DNA of 64,000 nucleotides from Myxococcota bacterium (GCA_036229005.1 JAZAMN010000059.1:1-64000); one strand, 5' to 3'; positions 49,107 through 58,907 are shown, counted from the first letter of the stretch. Translations and numbers: made by a program. Notes: generated from the sequence alone by a model not told the origin.

Positions 49107-50342
49107 TTGCACTCACACCGCTCTGACCGCCTGCTCGCCGCAGCCCGGGGCTCCCGCGCGAAGCTGGGCCAGGAGCTGCTCCGCGCACACCTGGGCTCCC
49201 CCACCGCGAGTGTCGACCTTCCCCGCGCCTTCCGCGAGGCCCGCGCCCTGGGCTCCCGGGACCGGCGCATCGCCCAGGACGCCATCTACATGGTGGCCCG
49301 TCACCAGGCCCGCTACCGGCGGGCCCTCGGACCTCGCTTGGGCCAGGGTGCCGATCTCATCGAGCTCCTCTACCTCTCAGCGTTGGTGGAGTTGGGCCTG
49401 GATCCCGCGATCGCCACGCAGCTCACCTCCCTCCCCTTCCCCCTGGAGGCGGCCCCCCACAGCGACCCGCTGGACCAGCTCGCCATGGAAGGCAGCCTGC
49501 CCCGTTGGCTGCTGGAGCGCTCGGAGGACGCGCAGGCTCTGGTCCGAGGGGCTCAGGGGCGCGCCCCCACCACGATCCGCACCAACCGGGCCCGGATCTC
49601 CCGGGACAAGCTCCGCGATCGCCTCGCCAGCGAGGACATCCTGACCGAGCCCGGCCGCTTCGCCCCCGACGCCCTGCACATCCAGGGGCGCGCCAACCTC
49701 CAGGGCAGCCGCGCCTTCCGCGACGGACTCTTCGAGATCCAGGACGAGGGCAGTCAGCTCCTGGCGCTGTTGGTCCAGCCCACTGGCCGGGTGCTGGACT
49801 GGTGCGCGGGCGCTGGCGGCAAGTCCCTGGCCCTGGCCGCCCTGCACGACGGCCCTCTGCTGGCGCTGGACGTGCGCGCCCGGGCCCTACAGGAGGCCGA
49901 GAAGCGGGCCCACCGCGCTGGCTTCCGCCTGCAGACCCAGGTGCACGGTCAGGCCGCGGTCCCCCAAGCCGAGCGCGTGCTGGTGGACGCCCCCTGCTCC
50001 GGGACCGGGACGCTGCGCCGCGACCCCTGCCTGCGCTGGCGCCTGAGCCCCGAGAGCCTGGACGCGCTGGTGCAGACCCAGGCCCAGGTGCTGGATCAGG
50101 CCGCCGCCCACACCGCCCCGGGCGGACAGCTCGTCTACGCCACCTGCTCGGTGCTGCCCTGCGAGAACCAGGAGCAGGTCGCCGCCTTCCTGGCGCGCCA
50201 CCCCGACTGGCGCCAGCTCCCCGCCGGGCCCCGCCTGCCGGCGTCCTGCAGCGACATGATCCAGGGCCCCGATCTCGCCCCCAGACCAGAGAGGCACGGG
50301 ACCGACGGCTTCTTTGCCGCTGTGCTCCAGGCGCCGGGATAG
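49107..50342 (+). CDS. RsmB/NOP family RNA m5C methyltransferase
   Basis: QDEGSQ, DWCAGAGGKS, DAPCSGTG, YATCS, TDGFF; start (TTG 49107 after AAGGA) uncertain. Confidence 0.9.
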   Translation: MHSHRSDRLLAAARGSRAKLGQELLRAHLGSPTASVDLPRAFREARALGSRDRRIAQDAIYMVARHQARYRRALGPRLGQGADLIELLYLSALVELGLDPAIATQLTSLPFPLEAAPHSDPLDQLAMEGSLPRWLLERSEDAQALVRGAQGRAPTTIRTNRARISRDKLRDRLASEDILTEPGRFAPDALHIQGRANLQGSRAFRDGLFEIQDEGSQLLALLVQPTGRVLDWCAGAGGKSLALAALHDGPLLALDVRARALQEAEKRAHRAGFRLQTQVHGQAAVPQAERVLVDAPCSGTGTLRRDPCLRWRLSPESLDALVQTQAQVLDQAAAHTAPGGQLVYATCSVLPCENQEQVAAFLARHPDWRQLPAGPRLPASCSDMIQGPDLAPRPERHGTDGFFAAVLQAPG

Positions 50343-50372
50343 GCCTTCGGCTCCCCCCACCCCAGGACGCCT

Positions 50373-51890
50373 GTGCGCTACACCCGCCCCCCCGGCTTCC
50401 CCGATCTGGACCCGCAGCAGTACCGCAGCCACCGACAGGTGCGCCGCCGCCTGCTCGATCGCTTCGAGACCTACGGCTACGAGCAGGTGGGCGTCCCCAC
50501 CCTGGAGTACGTGGACCTCTACGAGCCCAGCCGAATGGGCGCGCACCTCTTCCACGACCTGATCCTGGCCCGCCTGAGCGAGGCCGACACCTTCCCCGGC
50601 CCCGCCGAGGACCCCGGCCCCGAGCGCCTGCACACCGCCGCGCTGCGCCCGGACTTCACCACCCCTCTGGCGCGCCAGCTCGTCGAGCAGATCCTGCGCG
50701 ACGGGGTCCCCCAGGGCAGCGTGCGCCGCGCCTACTCCGGGCCCGTGTTCCGCGACGCCCAGGCCGGCCAGGGGCGCCTCAAGGAGTTCCACCAGGTCGG
50801 GGTCGAGCACATCGGCCTCTCCAGCCTGGACGGCGAGCTCGAGATCCTCACCCTGGCCTGCGACGCCGCCCTGGACCTGTCCCTGCAGGACTGGCGGCTG
50901 CACCTGGGGCACGCCGGGCTCTTCCGCGGGGTCATCCACGCCCTGGAGCTCCCCGACGAAGCGGAGCGCGGCCTGCTCAACAACCTGGTGCTCGCCGCGC
51001 GGCTCCGGATCAGCGCGCGCATGGACGCCCCCGAGCGCTTCGAAGCGCTGCTCCCCGGTCGGGCCCAGGCTCTGGCGAGGCGAGTGGCTGCGTCCGGCAT
51101 GGACACCCCGGCCCACCTCCTGGCCCCCGAGTCCCGCGACAGCGCCTGGTGGCGCGAGCACCTGGCGCCCACCTTCGAGGACTGGCTGAGGCAGGTCTGG
51201 GTCTCCGAGCGCGGGCTGCCCGCCCAGGCCCTGGACACCACCCTGGCCATGTCCGCCCTGGACCCCGACCCCAAGGCCTTCTTCACCGAGCTCCAGCCCC
51301 TGCTGCGCAGCCAGGCCGCCAGCGACGGCGCCTCCGAGCTGCAGCTCCTGGTCGAGCGCTTCCAGGCCCGGCGCCAGGCCCCCATCGCCCTGACCGCCGC
51401 CGCCTCCCGGGGCATCGGCTACTACGACGGCCTCACCCTGGAGCTGCACGGTCCCAGCGGCGCCCTCTGCGGCGGCGGGCGCTACCGCGGCCTGCACACC
51501 TGGCTGCTCGACCGCGCCCGGCAGACCGCTCTGCTGCGTGGCGGCGTGCTGCCCCCCGAGCCCGCCGGCGCCGAGCGCATGCTCACCGGCGTGGGGCTGG
51601 CCTTTGGCGTCGAGCGCCTGGTCGAGGCCATGCCGGCCCAGGCCTTGGCCCCCAAGCCCACCATCTACGCCGTGCAGGCCCCCCCTGACCAGTGGGCCGC
51701 CGCCGCGGAGCTCTGCGACACCCTGCGCGCCCACGGGCTGCGCGCCTGCCTGGGCGGAGCCGGGAGCGACCAACCCGTGCTTCGCTTGAGCCGAGAGTCC
51801 CTCGCCCAGGACAGGGTCCACCTGGAGCTGCCGGGGTGTGCCCCCCAGCCCCTGGACCTGGCCACCCTCCCCAACAAGCTGGAGCGCTGA
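50373..51890 (+). CDS. HisZ/histidyl-tRNA synthetase-like paralog
   Basis: P.GF.D, PTLEY, LRPDFT, FR...GR.KEF.Q.G.E, RGIGYYDG, GGGRY, GVERL. Confidence 0.82.
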   Translation: MRYTRPPGFPDLDPQQYRSHRQVRRRLLDRFETYGYEQVGVPTLEYVDLYEPSRMGAHLFHDLILARLSEADTFPGPAEDPGPERLHTAALRPDFTTPLARQLVEQILRDGVPQGSVRRAYSGPVFRDAQAGQGRLKEFHQVGVEHIGLSSLDGELEILTLACDAALDLSLQDWRLHLGHAGLFRGVIHALELPDEAERGLLNNLVLAARLRISARMDAPERFEALLPGRAQALARRVAASGMDTPAHLLAPESRDSAWWREHLAPTFEDWLRQVWVSERGLPAQALDTTLAMSALDPDPKAFFTELQPLLRSQAASDGASELQLLVERFQARRQAPIALTAAASRGIGYYDGLTLELHGPSGALCGGGRYRGLHTWLLDRARQTALLRGGVLPPEPAGAERMLTGVGLAFGVERLVEAMPAQALAPKPTIYAVQAPPDQWAAAAELCDTLRAHGLRACLGGAGSDQPVLRLSRESLAQDRVHLELPGCAPQPLDLATLPNKLER

Positions 51891-53951
51891 ATGGACCCCC
51901 TGCTGATCGACGGCTTCAGCCTGAGCATCCAGGACATCGTGGACGTCGCGCGCAGCCGCCGCCGCGTCGCCCTGGCCCCCCACGCCATCGACCAGGTCCG
52001 CCGCTGCCGCGCCCTGGTCGAGGTCCTGCTGGATCACGACGTCAAGGTCTACGGCCTGACCACCGGCTTCGGGAAGCTGCGCGACGTGGTGATCCCCCGC
52101 CAGGACGCCGTCCGCCTCCAGGAGAACCTGCTCCGCTCGCACGCGGTGGGCGTGGGCGTCCCCTTCGCCGAAGACACCGTGCGCGCCGCCATGCTCCTGC
52201 GGGCCAACACCCTGGCCAAGGGCAACTCCGGCGTGCGCGTCGCCCTGATCCAGGCCGTGCTCGACCTGCTCAACGACGACGTGTACCCCTACATCCCCCA
52301 GCAGGGCAGCGTGGGCGCGTCCGGGGACCTGGCCCCCCTCAGCCACCTGGGCCTGGTGCTCATGGGCGACCCCCACGGGCGGGTGTTCGGCGGCTTCGGC
52401 GCCGACCGCGACCGCCCCCTGGTCACCCACCCCCGCGCCGAGGACTTCCAGCCTCTGGGTGAGACCGCCGCCCAGGACGCCGAGGCCGCCGGGCTCCGCT
52501 TCCGCCCCGTGGTGCTCCAGGCCAAGGAGGGTCTGGGCATCAACAACGGCACCCAGTTCATGACCGGACTGGGCGCCCTGCTCGTGCACGACAGCACCCA
52601 GACCCTGCACCTCACCGAGCTCTCCGCGTCCCTGTCCCTGGAGGCCAACCGCGGCATCCGCAGCGCCTTCGACCCGCGCATCCACCGGGCCCGCCCCCAG
52701 AGCCACCAGGAGGCCTGCGCCCGCCGGATCATCTCCTACTGCGCCGGCAGCCAGATCCTGGACTTCTACCTGAACTCCGCGCGCATCAACCGCGCCGCCG
52801 CGCACCTGTGCCAGGCCGAGCAGCTCCTGGAGCACGCCGCCTCCCGCGCCGCCATCGTGGGGGTCCAGCTCGACAGCCTCTCCCGCGCCCAGGCCGCCAT
52901 CGCGCAGCTCAAGGACAGCCTCCAGGGCCTCTTCCCGCGCACGGAGGACGGCGCCCTCGACCACGCCCAGGTGCGGCGGTGGAGCGAGCAGCACCCCGAG
53001 GCCCAGATCCCCCTCCTGCAGCGCCGCACCCGCCGCGTCCGCCAGGAGCTGGGCGCGCTGCTCCAGACCCTCACCAGCCCCACCTTCTACCGGGACCCCC
53101 ACGTGGAGCGCGCCGAGTCCGAGCTGGTGCGCGCCCGCACCGAGCTCTCGCGCGCGGTGCCCGACGCCCCCATCGTCCAGGACGACTACTCGACCCGCTG
53201 CTTCCCGCAGGTCCTCGCCTGCGCCTGGCGTGCTCTGGACTCCGTGCGGGAGGTGGTCGAGGTGGAGAGCAACGCAGCCACGGACAACCCGCTCCTCTTC
53301 CCCCCCGAGCCCCCCGGTGGCCTGGAGTCCATGGACCCCGAGACCTACAAGGCCTGGCTGGCGGAGGACCCCGACCGCATCCTGGAGTGCAAGCGCGCGG
53401 TGGTCGGCGGCGGCAACTTCCACGGCGAGCCCGTCGCCATCGCCATGGACTACCTGGCCCTCACCCTGGCCGAGGTCGGCAACATCACCGAGCGCCGCAT
53501 CGCCCACCTGGTGGACGACAACCACAGCCGCGGCCTGCCCCCCTTCCTGGTGCACAGCAGCGGCCTGAACTCCGGCTTCATGATCCCGCAGTACACCGCC
53601 GCGTCCCTGGTCTCGGAGAACAAGGTCCTGGTGCACCCCGCCAGCGCCGACTCCGTGCCCACCTGCGGCAACACCGAAGACCACGTCTCCATGGGCACCA
53701 TCGCCGCCCGCCAGTGCAAGGACGTCCTGGTGAACGTGCGTCAGATCGTCGGCATCGAGCTGCTCTCGGCGGTCCAGGGGTTGAGGTTCCGGGAGCCCCT
53801 GCAGCCCGGGGTCCACCTCCGCAAGGTCGTGGCCCTCCTGCGCGCCAAGGGCATCGAACCCGTAGACGAGGACAGGGTTCTGTACACCGACATGCAGCGC
53901 ATGCAGGCGCTGCTCTCCGACCCCGATCTGCTGGCCCAGCTCCAGGTGTGA
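51891..53951 (+). CDS. hutH: Histidine ammonia-lyase-like MIO enzyme with large insertions
   Basis: YGLTTGFG, RSHA, GSVGASGDLAPL (MIO Ala-Ser-Gly), QD.YS.RC, GGNFHG, EDHVSMG. Confidence 0.85.
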   Translation: MDPLLIDGFSLSIQDIVDVARSRRRVALAPHAIDQVRRCRALVEVLLDHDVKVYGLTTGFGKLRDVVIPRQDAVRLQENLLRSHAVGVGVPFAEDTVRAAMLLRANTLAKGNSGVRVALIQAVLDLLNDDVYPYIPQQGSVGASGDLAPLSHLGLVLMGDPHGRVFGGFGADRDRPLVTHPRAEDFQPLGETAAQDAEAAGLRFRPVVLQAKEGLGINNGTQFMTGLGALLVHDSTQTLHLTELSASLSLEANRGIRSAFDPRIHRARPQSHQEACARRIISYCAGSQILDFYLNSARINRAAAHLCQAEQLLEHAASRAAIVGVQLDSLSRAQAAIAQLKDSLQGLFPRTEDGALDHAQVRRWSEQHPEAQIPLLQRRTRRVRQELGALLQTLTSPTFYRDPHVERAESELVRARTELSRAVPDAPIVQDDYSTRCFPQVLACAWRALDSVREVVEVESNAATDNPLLFPPEPPGGLESMDPETYKAWLAEDPDRILECKRAVVGGGNFHGEPVAIAMDYLALTLAEVGNITERRIAHLVDDNHSRGLPPFLVHSSGLNSGFMIPQYTAASLVSENKVLVHPASADSVPTCGNTEDHVSMGTIAARQCKDVLVNVRQIVGIELLSAVQGLRFREPLQPGVHLRKVVALLRAKGIEPVDEDRVLYTDMQRMQALLSDPDLLAQLQV

Positions 53952-54022
53952 CAGGGTCGTCAGAGCCTTGACAGAGGGCTTTCGGCGACAATGGCGTCTT
54001 TGGGCGCGGCCCAGAGGATTCC

Positions 54023-55189
54023 ATGCGCGTTGAGAGCCTGAACCATCTGTTGGAAGCCGCCCGGGAACAGGGCATCCCCGCGCTGCAGGCGGCGGTCGTC
54101 CACCGGGGCGCCCTGCACCACCGCAGCGCCCACGGCGCCCGGCACCCCGCCGGCCCCCCCCTGGGGCACCGCAGCCGGATGGACGCCGCCAGCCTGACCA
54201 AGGTGCTGGCCACGACCTCCGTCGCGATGGTGCTCGTGGACCAGGAGCAGCTCGACCTGGACGCCCCCGTGCGCAGCGTGCTCCCCTCCTTCCGGCACGC
54301 GCAGATCACCCCGCGCATGCTGCTGGGCCACCGCAGCGGCCTGGCCGCCTGGGCCCCCCTGTTCGAGGTCGCGCGCCAGGACAGCGTCGCCTCCACGCTC
54401 TACCCGGGCGTCCCGGGGCTGCGCGCCTTCGGCTGGTCCACCGAGCTGATGCGCCACGCCGTGCTCTCGCAGGATCCGGTGAGCGCGCCCGGCCCCCGGG
54501 TCTACTCGGACATCGGCTTCCTGACCCTGGGCCTGCTGCTGGAGGTGGTGGGCGGCGCCCCGCTGGACCAGCTCGCCCGGGACCTGGTCTTCAAGCCCCT
54601 GGACCTGATGGACACCGGGTACGTCCGCATGGAGGGCAACCGCGTGCCCGAGGGGCCCTTCGTGTGCACGGGCCAGGAGCGCCCGCGTCCTCCCGCCCCC
54701 GGTCAGGAGGCCCTCTACAGCCGCCTGGAGCAGCAGCCCTCCCTGCGCGCGGGCGAGGTCGACGACGACAACGCCTACGCCATGGGCGGGGTCGCCGGCC
54801 ACGCCGGAGTGTTCTCCACCGCCACCGACGTCGCCCGCTTCGGGCAGGCCATCCTGGAGGAGCGCCGCGGCGCCCGTCGCCTGGCCCGGCCCGAGATCGT
54901 CGCGGAGTTCCTGGCCATCGACGCCCCCGAGTCCCTCCCCCAGCGCAGCCTGGGCTGGGATCGCCCCGCCGGCACCGGCTCCACCGCCGGCTCGGAGCTG
55001 GGTCAGGGCCCCCTGGGTGCGGTCGGCCACCTGGGCTTCACCGGCTGCAGCCTGTGGATCGATCTCGACCGCGAGCTGGTCGCCGCGCTGCTCACGAACC
55101 GGGTCTTCCCCAGCCGCACCTCGACGGCGGGCATCCGTGCATTGCGGCCCGCGTTCCACGATGCGGTGGTGGTGAGCCTGCCAGCTTGA
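54023..55189 (+). CDS. Serine hydrolase, beta-lactamase/AmpC-like family
   Basis: ASLTK (SxxK), LLGHRSGL, YSD, GHAGVFS, GHLGFTG. Confidence 0.9.
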   Translation: MRVESLNHLLEAAREQGIPALQAAVVHRGALHHRSAHGARHPAGPPLGHRSRMDAASLTKVLATTSVAMVLVDQEQLDLDAPVRSVLPSFRHAQITPRMLLGHRSGLAAWAPLFEVARQDSVASTLYPGVPGLRAFGWSTELMRHAVLSQDPVSAPGPRVYSDIGFLTLGLLLEVVGGAPLDQLARDLVFKPLDLMDTGYVRMEGNRVPEGPFVCTGQERPRPPAPGQEALYSRLEQQPSLRAGEVDDDNAYAMGGVAGHAGVFSTATDVARFGQAILEERRGARRLARPEIVAEFLAIDAPESLPQRSLGWDRPAGTGSTAGSELGQGPLGAVGHLGFTGCSLWIDLDRELVAALLTNRVFPSRTSTAGIRALRPAFHDAVVVSLPA

Positions 55190-55212
55190 GGGCGCCGAGG
55201 TACCCTCCCCTC

Positions 55213-56460
55213 ATGCTCCTGACCCTGCTGCTGGCCTGCGGGCCCCGTCCGCCGATGGCCCCCCCCGCGCCCGAGGCGACCGCCGTCCCCACCCTCCCCA
55301 AGCGCTGGGAGGGCCCCGCTCTGATCGCGGACCTGCGCCTGGTCGCGGTGGGCGACGTGCTCATGCACACCAACGTCAAGAACTCGGCCAAGGCCGCCAA
55401 TGAGGACCCCCAGAAGGGCCTGGAGGCGCTGTTCGAGTACATCGAGCCCACCATCTCGGGCGCGGACATCGCCTTCGCGAACCTGGAGACGCCGGTGGCC
55501 CCCGACCACCACAAGGGCACGCGCTCGATGGTGTTCAACGCGCCGCCGGAGCTGCTGCCGGCGCTGTCCGCCGTGGGCTTTGACGTGCTGAGCTTCGCGA
55601 ACAACCACGTCTACGACCAGGGCCGCGACGGCTTTCAGGAGACGATGGAGCGCCTGGACTCCAGCGGGATGACCTGGATCGGCGGCGGCGACACCTGCGA
55701 GGCCGCCCGCGCCCCCAAGATGGTCGAGCAGGAGGGCATCAAGGTCGCGTTCATCGGCGCGTCCAAGGTCTTCAACGACAACATGAACCGCGGGGAGGAC
55801 GAGGCCTGCGCCTTCGAGCTGGACGTGTCCCAGGCCCTGGCCTCCGCGGAGCTGGCCCGACAGGATGGCGCCGACGTGGTCATCGTGTCCGTGCACTGGG
55901 GCCGCGAGTACCGCACCCACCCCGAGCAGGCCGAGATGGACGACGCCCGGGCGCTGATCGCCGGCGGCGTGGACCTGGTCATCGGCCACCACCCCCACGT
56001 GGTCCAGCCCATCGAGGTCATCCCCCGGGAGGACGGCAGCGTGGGCGTGATCGCCTACAGCCTGGGCAACTTCATCTCCAACCAGCGCTACGACTACGTC
56101 CACGGCGTGCAGCCCCTGGAGCACGGCAACCCCCGCGACGGGCTGGCGCTGCAGGTCGACATCGTCAAGAAGGACTACGGGCCCGCTCCAGACGGGTCCC
56201 CGCAGGTCCGGGTCGAGCTGGCCAACGTCATGGGGATCCCCCTGTGGACGGACAATGATGCGGGCCGCATCGTGCACCCAACGCCCACCATCCGGGTGGT
56301 CCGCACCGACTCTGCGCTCACGTCCGCCAGCGAGGCACTGCTGAGCGCGACCACCGCCGAAGAGGACCTGGCCGCCAAGAAGCGCATCGCCCTGCTGGAG
56401 GACCGCTGGGACCAGGTGGAGGAGATCGTGGGAGAGGGCTTGATGCCCCCGCACCCCTGA
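55213..56460 (+). CDS. CapA (PGA_cap) family metallophosphoesterase lipoprotein
   Basis: VGDVLMH, NLETP, ANNH..D.G, HWG.EY, GHHPHV, YSLGNF. Confidence 0.92.
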   Translation: MLLTLLLACGPRPPMAPPAPEATAVPTLPKRWEGPALIADLRLVAVGDVLMHTNVKNSAKAANEDPQKGLEALFEYIEPTISGADIAFANLETPVAPDHHKGTRSMVFNAPPELLPALSAVGFDVLSFANNHVYDQGRDGFQETMERLDSSGMTWIGGGDTCEAARAPKMVEQEGIKVAFIGASKVFNDNMNRGEDEACAFELDVSQALASAELARQDGADVVIVSVHWGREYRTHPEQAEMDDARALIAGGVDLVIGHHPHVVQPIEVIPREDGSVGVIAYSLGNFISNQRYDYVHGVQPLEHGNPRDGLALQVDIVKKDYGPAPDGSPQVRVELANVMGIPLWTDNDAGRIVHPTPTIRVVRTDSALTSASEALLSATTAEEDLAAKKRIALLEDRWDQVEEIVGEGLMPPHP

Positions 56461-56478
56461 GTGCCCGTGGCGTCGATT

Positions 56479-56496
56479 TGGGACAAGTTTGTCCCA
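56479..56496. promoter_or_regulatory. Palindrome, candidate enhancer-binding-protein site
   Basis: TGGGACAA-GT-TTGTCCCA, ~100 bp upstream of the predicted sigma54 start site. Confidence 0.55.
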
Positions 56497-56558
56497 CCTC
56501 TGGGATCCCAGCTCCCCGGCACGCAGGGCCCAGCACACGATGGAATCGGGCATATCGC

Positions 56559-56574
56559 TGGCATGGCTCTTGCT
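56559..56574 (+). promoter_or_regulatory. Sigma54 (-24/-12) promoter
   Basis: TGGCATGGCTCTTGCT, GG-N10-GC spacing, 30 bp upstream of ATG 56604. Confidence 0.7.
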
Positions 56575-56603
56575 CTTGACTGGGAGTGACACGGAGCCAC
56601 GCC

Positions 56604-58907
56604 ATGCCCGCACAGACCCGCCGCCGCAATCCAGCAGCAACCACCATCGCCTCCGGCGCGCGGGACGAAGCGGTAGAGGCCGCGGCGAATGTCGACAACA
56701 GCGTGCTCCAGGAGCAGCTCCGGGACCAGGCGCTGGAGACGGTGACCAGCGACGTGGTCGCGGTGCTCCCCTCCTCCAGCCAGGAGAAGGGCCGGCCGCA
56801 CGTGAAGTCCGTGCTCAACGAGCTCTCCCTGTCCGGCATCGCCTCCAAGACCCAGGCCGCGTACATCCTGGCCACCGCCGACCACGAGAGCGGCTTCGGC
56901 AACCCCCGCTTCTCCCGCAGCGAGCCCCTGGTCGAAGAGCGGAACAACATCCGCCAGAACAGCAACGGCACCTGGACCGGCACCGACCACGTCAAGGGTC
57001 GGCGGATCAGCGGCAGCAGCCTGGAGGAGGCCGAGACCAACTACTGGGACAGCGCCTACGGCGGGCGGCTGGGCAACGAGCGGGGCACCACCGACGCCAA
57101 GAACTACCGCGGCCGCGGCTACGTGCAGCTCACCGGCGAAGACAACTACCGGAACATGAGCAACGCCCTCAACGCCGAGGGCTTCTCCTACACCCACGAG
57201 GGCGTGACCTACGGCGGCCCCGAGGGCCAGCCCATCGACCTGCTGAGCAACTACGAGCACGTCAACCTGGTGCCCGCCCTGGCCGCCCGCGTGATGGTCA
57301 AGGGCATGATGGAGGGCAGCTTCACCGGCAAGGCCCTGGGCAGCGAGGTCAACGAGAGCGAGACCGACTTCTACAACGCCCGCGCGGTGGTCAACGGCGA
57401 CAAGGAGGAGAACGGCCGGCTCATCCAGACCAAGGCCTGGAAGTACGTCAACGCGCTGGGCCAGTGGGACAAGGTCATCCAGCTCACCAAGGTGCGCACC
57501 CAGACCGCCGGCGCCGCCCAGGACACCGGCCCCATCTCCGCGCTGATCGAGGGCCCCATGCTGCGCCGCGGGGCCAACGGCGAGCGCGTCAAGGAGCTCC
57601 AGCGCCTGCTGAACCTGCACGGCGCCGACCTCAAGGTGGACGGCGACTTTGGCCGCGGGACCCAGCGCGCCCTGATGCGCTACCAGCGCAAGGTCGGCAT
57701 CGAAGTGGACGGCGTGGCGGGCCCCGAGGTGTTCCAGAGCCTCTCCGGCGGCGCCGACAGCGCCGACTACTGCGAACTCACCAGCGACAGCGCCATGGTG
57801 GAGACCGTCGAGGACCTGAACAAGGCTCTGGGCGGCGGGCTGGCCGCCAGCGAGGACTTCCTGGCCGACGCCAAGGCCGCGGTCACCGGCCGCCCCATCC
57901 TGCGCAAGGGCGCCAAGGGCACCCGGGTCGAGGCCCTGCAGCGCCTGCTCTCCGCCGCGGGCTTCACCGTCGGCGTGGACGGCGACTTCGGCAACATCAC
58001 CTACCGCGCCGTGCTGGCCTTCCAGATCGCCAACGGCCTGAGCGCCGACGGCCGCGTGGGCAAGGCCACGGCCGCCAAGCTGCACGAGGTCGCGGACACC
58101 AGCACCGCCACCGCCCACACCTCGGGCAACACCGCCGCCGAGGTGGCCATCGAGACCGGCGGGGACGACAACAGCACCTACACCCCCGGCACCACTCCGA
58201 TCACGACCTCGCCCGACGCCTCCGTCGACGCCCGCGGCGAGGCCGCCGCCAAGGCCGCCCGCCTGATGTACACCGAGGGCGTCCAGGTGCACGGCAGCGG
58301 CTCCTGGGAGACCCAGGGCAGCAACTGGGGCCCGATGATCGAGCAGCTCAAGGAGAGCAACAACGCCGACAGCGGGAGCTGGGCCCAGGGCCTGGCGTGG
58401 TGCGGCATGTTCGTCGGCCACCAGTACAGCCAGGTGGGCATCCGGGACGAGATCATGGACAAGCTGGTGTTCTGGTCCGGCCTGCGCCTCCACGCCTTCT
58501 TCACCGAGGGCAAGTACATCGGCGGCAGCGACGAGGGCCCCGACCAGTGGTGGCAGCCCCACCACAACGTGGACCTGCGCGGCGAGTCCAGCGAGTCCAA
58601 GCGCAAGGAGATGATCGACGGCTTCGCCCCCCAGGCTGGCGACGTCGTGCTCTTCCGCCAGGCCCTGGACCACGTGGCCATCGTGTCCGACTACGACGCC
58701 AACACCGGCGCCCTGTCCATCATGGAGGGCAACCGCTCCAACCGCGTCCAGGCCACGGTCTACTACCCGGCCCGCGACACCTCCATCGCCTTCTTCGGCC
58801 GCTTCAACGCCAGCGACTTCGAGCCCCAGCAGGGCATCGACGCGGACCTGGCCAGCGCCCAGGACGTGCAGGTGACCCACACCGCGGCGAGCGGCGGCAT
58901 CCGCTGA
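56604..58907 (+). CDS. Multidomain peptidoglycan hydrolase: GH19/lysozyme-like, PG-binding repeats, CHAP
   Basis: AYILATADHES, YRGRGYVQLTG..NY, AR.VVNG; LQ.LL...G....VDGDFG..T..A...FQ......DG.VG x2; WCGMFV...HVAIV...EGN. Confidence 0.85.
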   Translation: MPAQTRRRNPAATTIASGARDEAVEAAANVDNSVLQEQLRDQALETVTSDVVAVLPSSSQEKGRPHVKSVLNELSLSGIASKTQAAYILATADHESGFGNPRFSRSEPLVEERNNIRQNSNGTWTGTDHVKGRRISGSSLEEAETNYWDSAYGGRLGNERGTTDAKNYRGRGYVQLTGEDNYRNMSNALNAEGFSYTHEGVTYGGPEGQPIDLLSNYEHVNLVPALAARVMVKGMMEGSFTGKALGSEVNESETDFYNARAVVNGDKEENGRLIQTKAWKYVNALGQWDKVIQLTKVRTQTAGAAQDTGPISALIEGPMLRRGANGERVKELQRLLNLHGADLKVDGDFGRGTQRALMRYQRKVGIEVDGVAGPEVFQSLSGGADSADYCELTSDSAMVETVEDLNKALGGGLAASEDFLADAKAAVTGRPILRKGAKGTRVEALQRLLSAAGFTVGVDGDFGNITYRAVLAFQIANGLSADGRVGKATAAKLHEVADTSTATAHTSGNTAAEVAIETGGDDNSTYTPGTTPITTSPDASVDARGEAAAKAARLMYTEGVQVHGSGSWETQGSNWGPMIEQLKESNNADSGSWAQGLAWCGMFVGHQYSQVGIRDEIMDKLVFWSGLRLHAFFTEGKYIGGSDEGPDQWWQPHHNVDLRGESSESKRKEMIDGFAPQAGDVVLFRQALDHVAIVSDYDANTGALSIMEGNRSNRVQATVYYPARDTSIAFFGRFNASDFEPQQGIDADLASAQDVQVTHTAASGGIR

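Noticed and set aside
49887..53816. 1309-aa minus-strand ORF and similar long shadow ORFs (217..2187, 11592..14237, 24307..27303, 56175..58880, 56489..59257)
   Set aside because: They overlap well-supported genes in other frames or strands and have low-complexity R/G/A/P/V/Q composition
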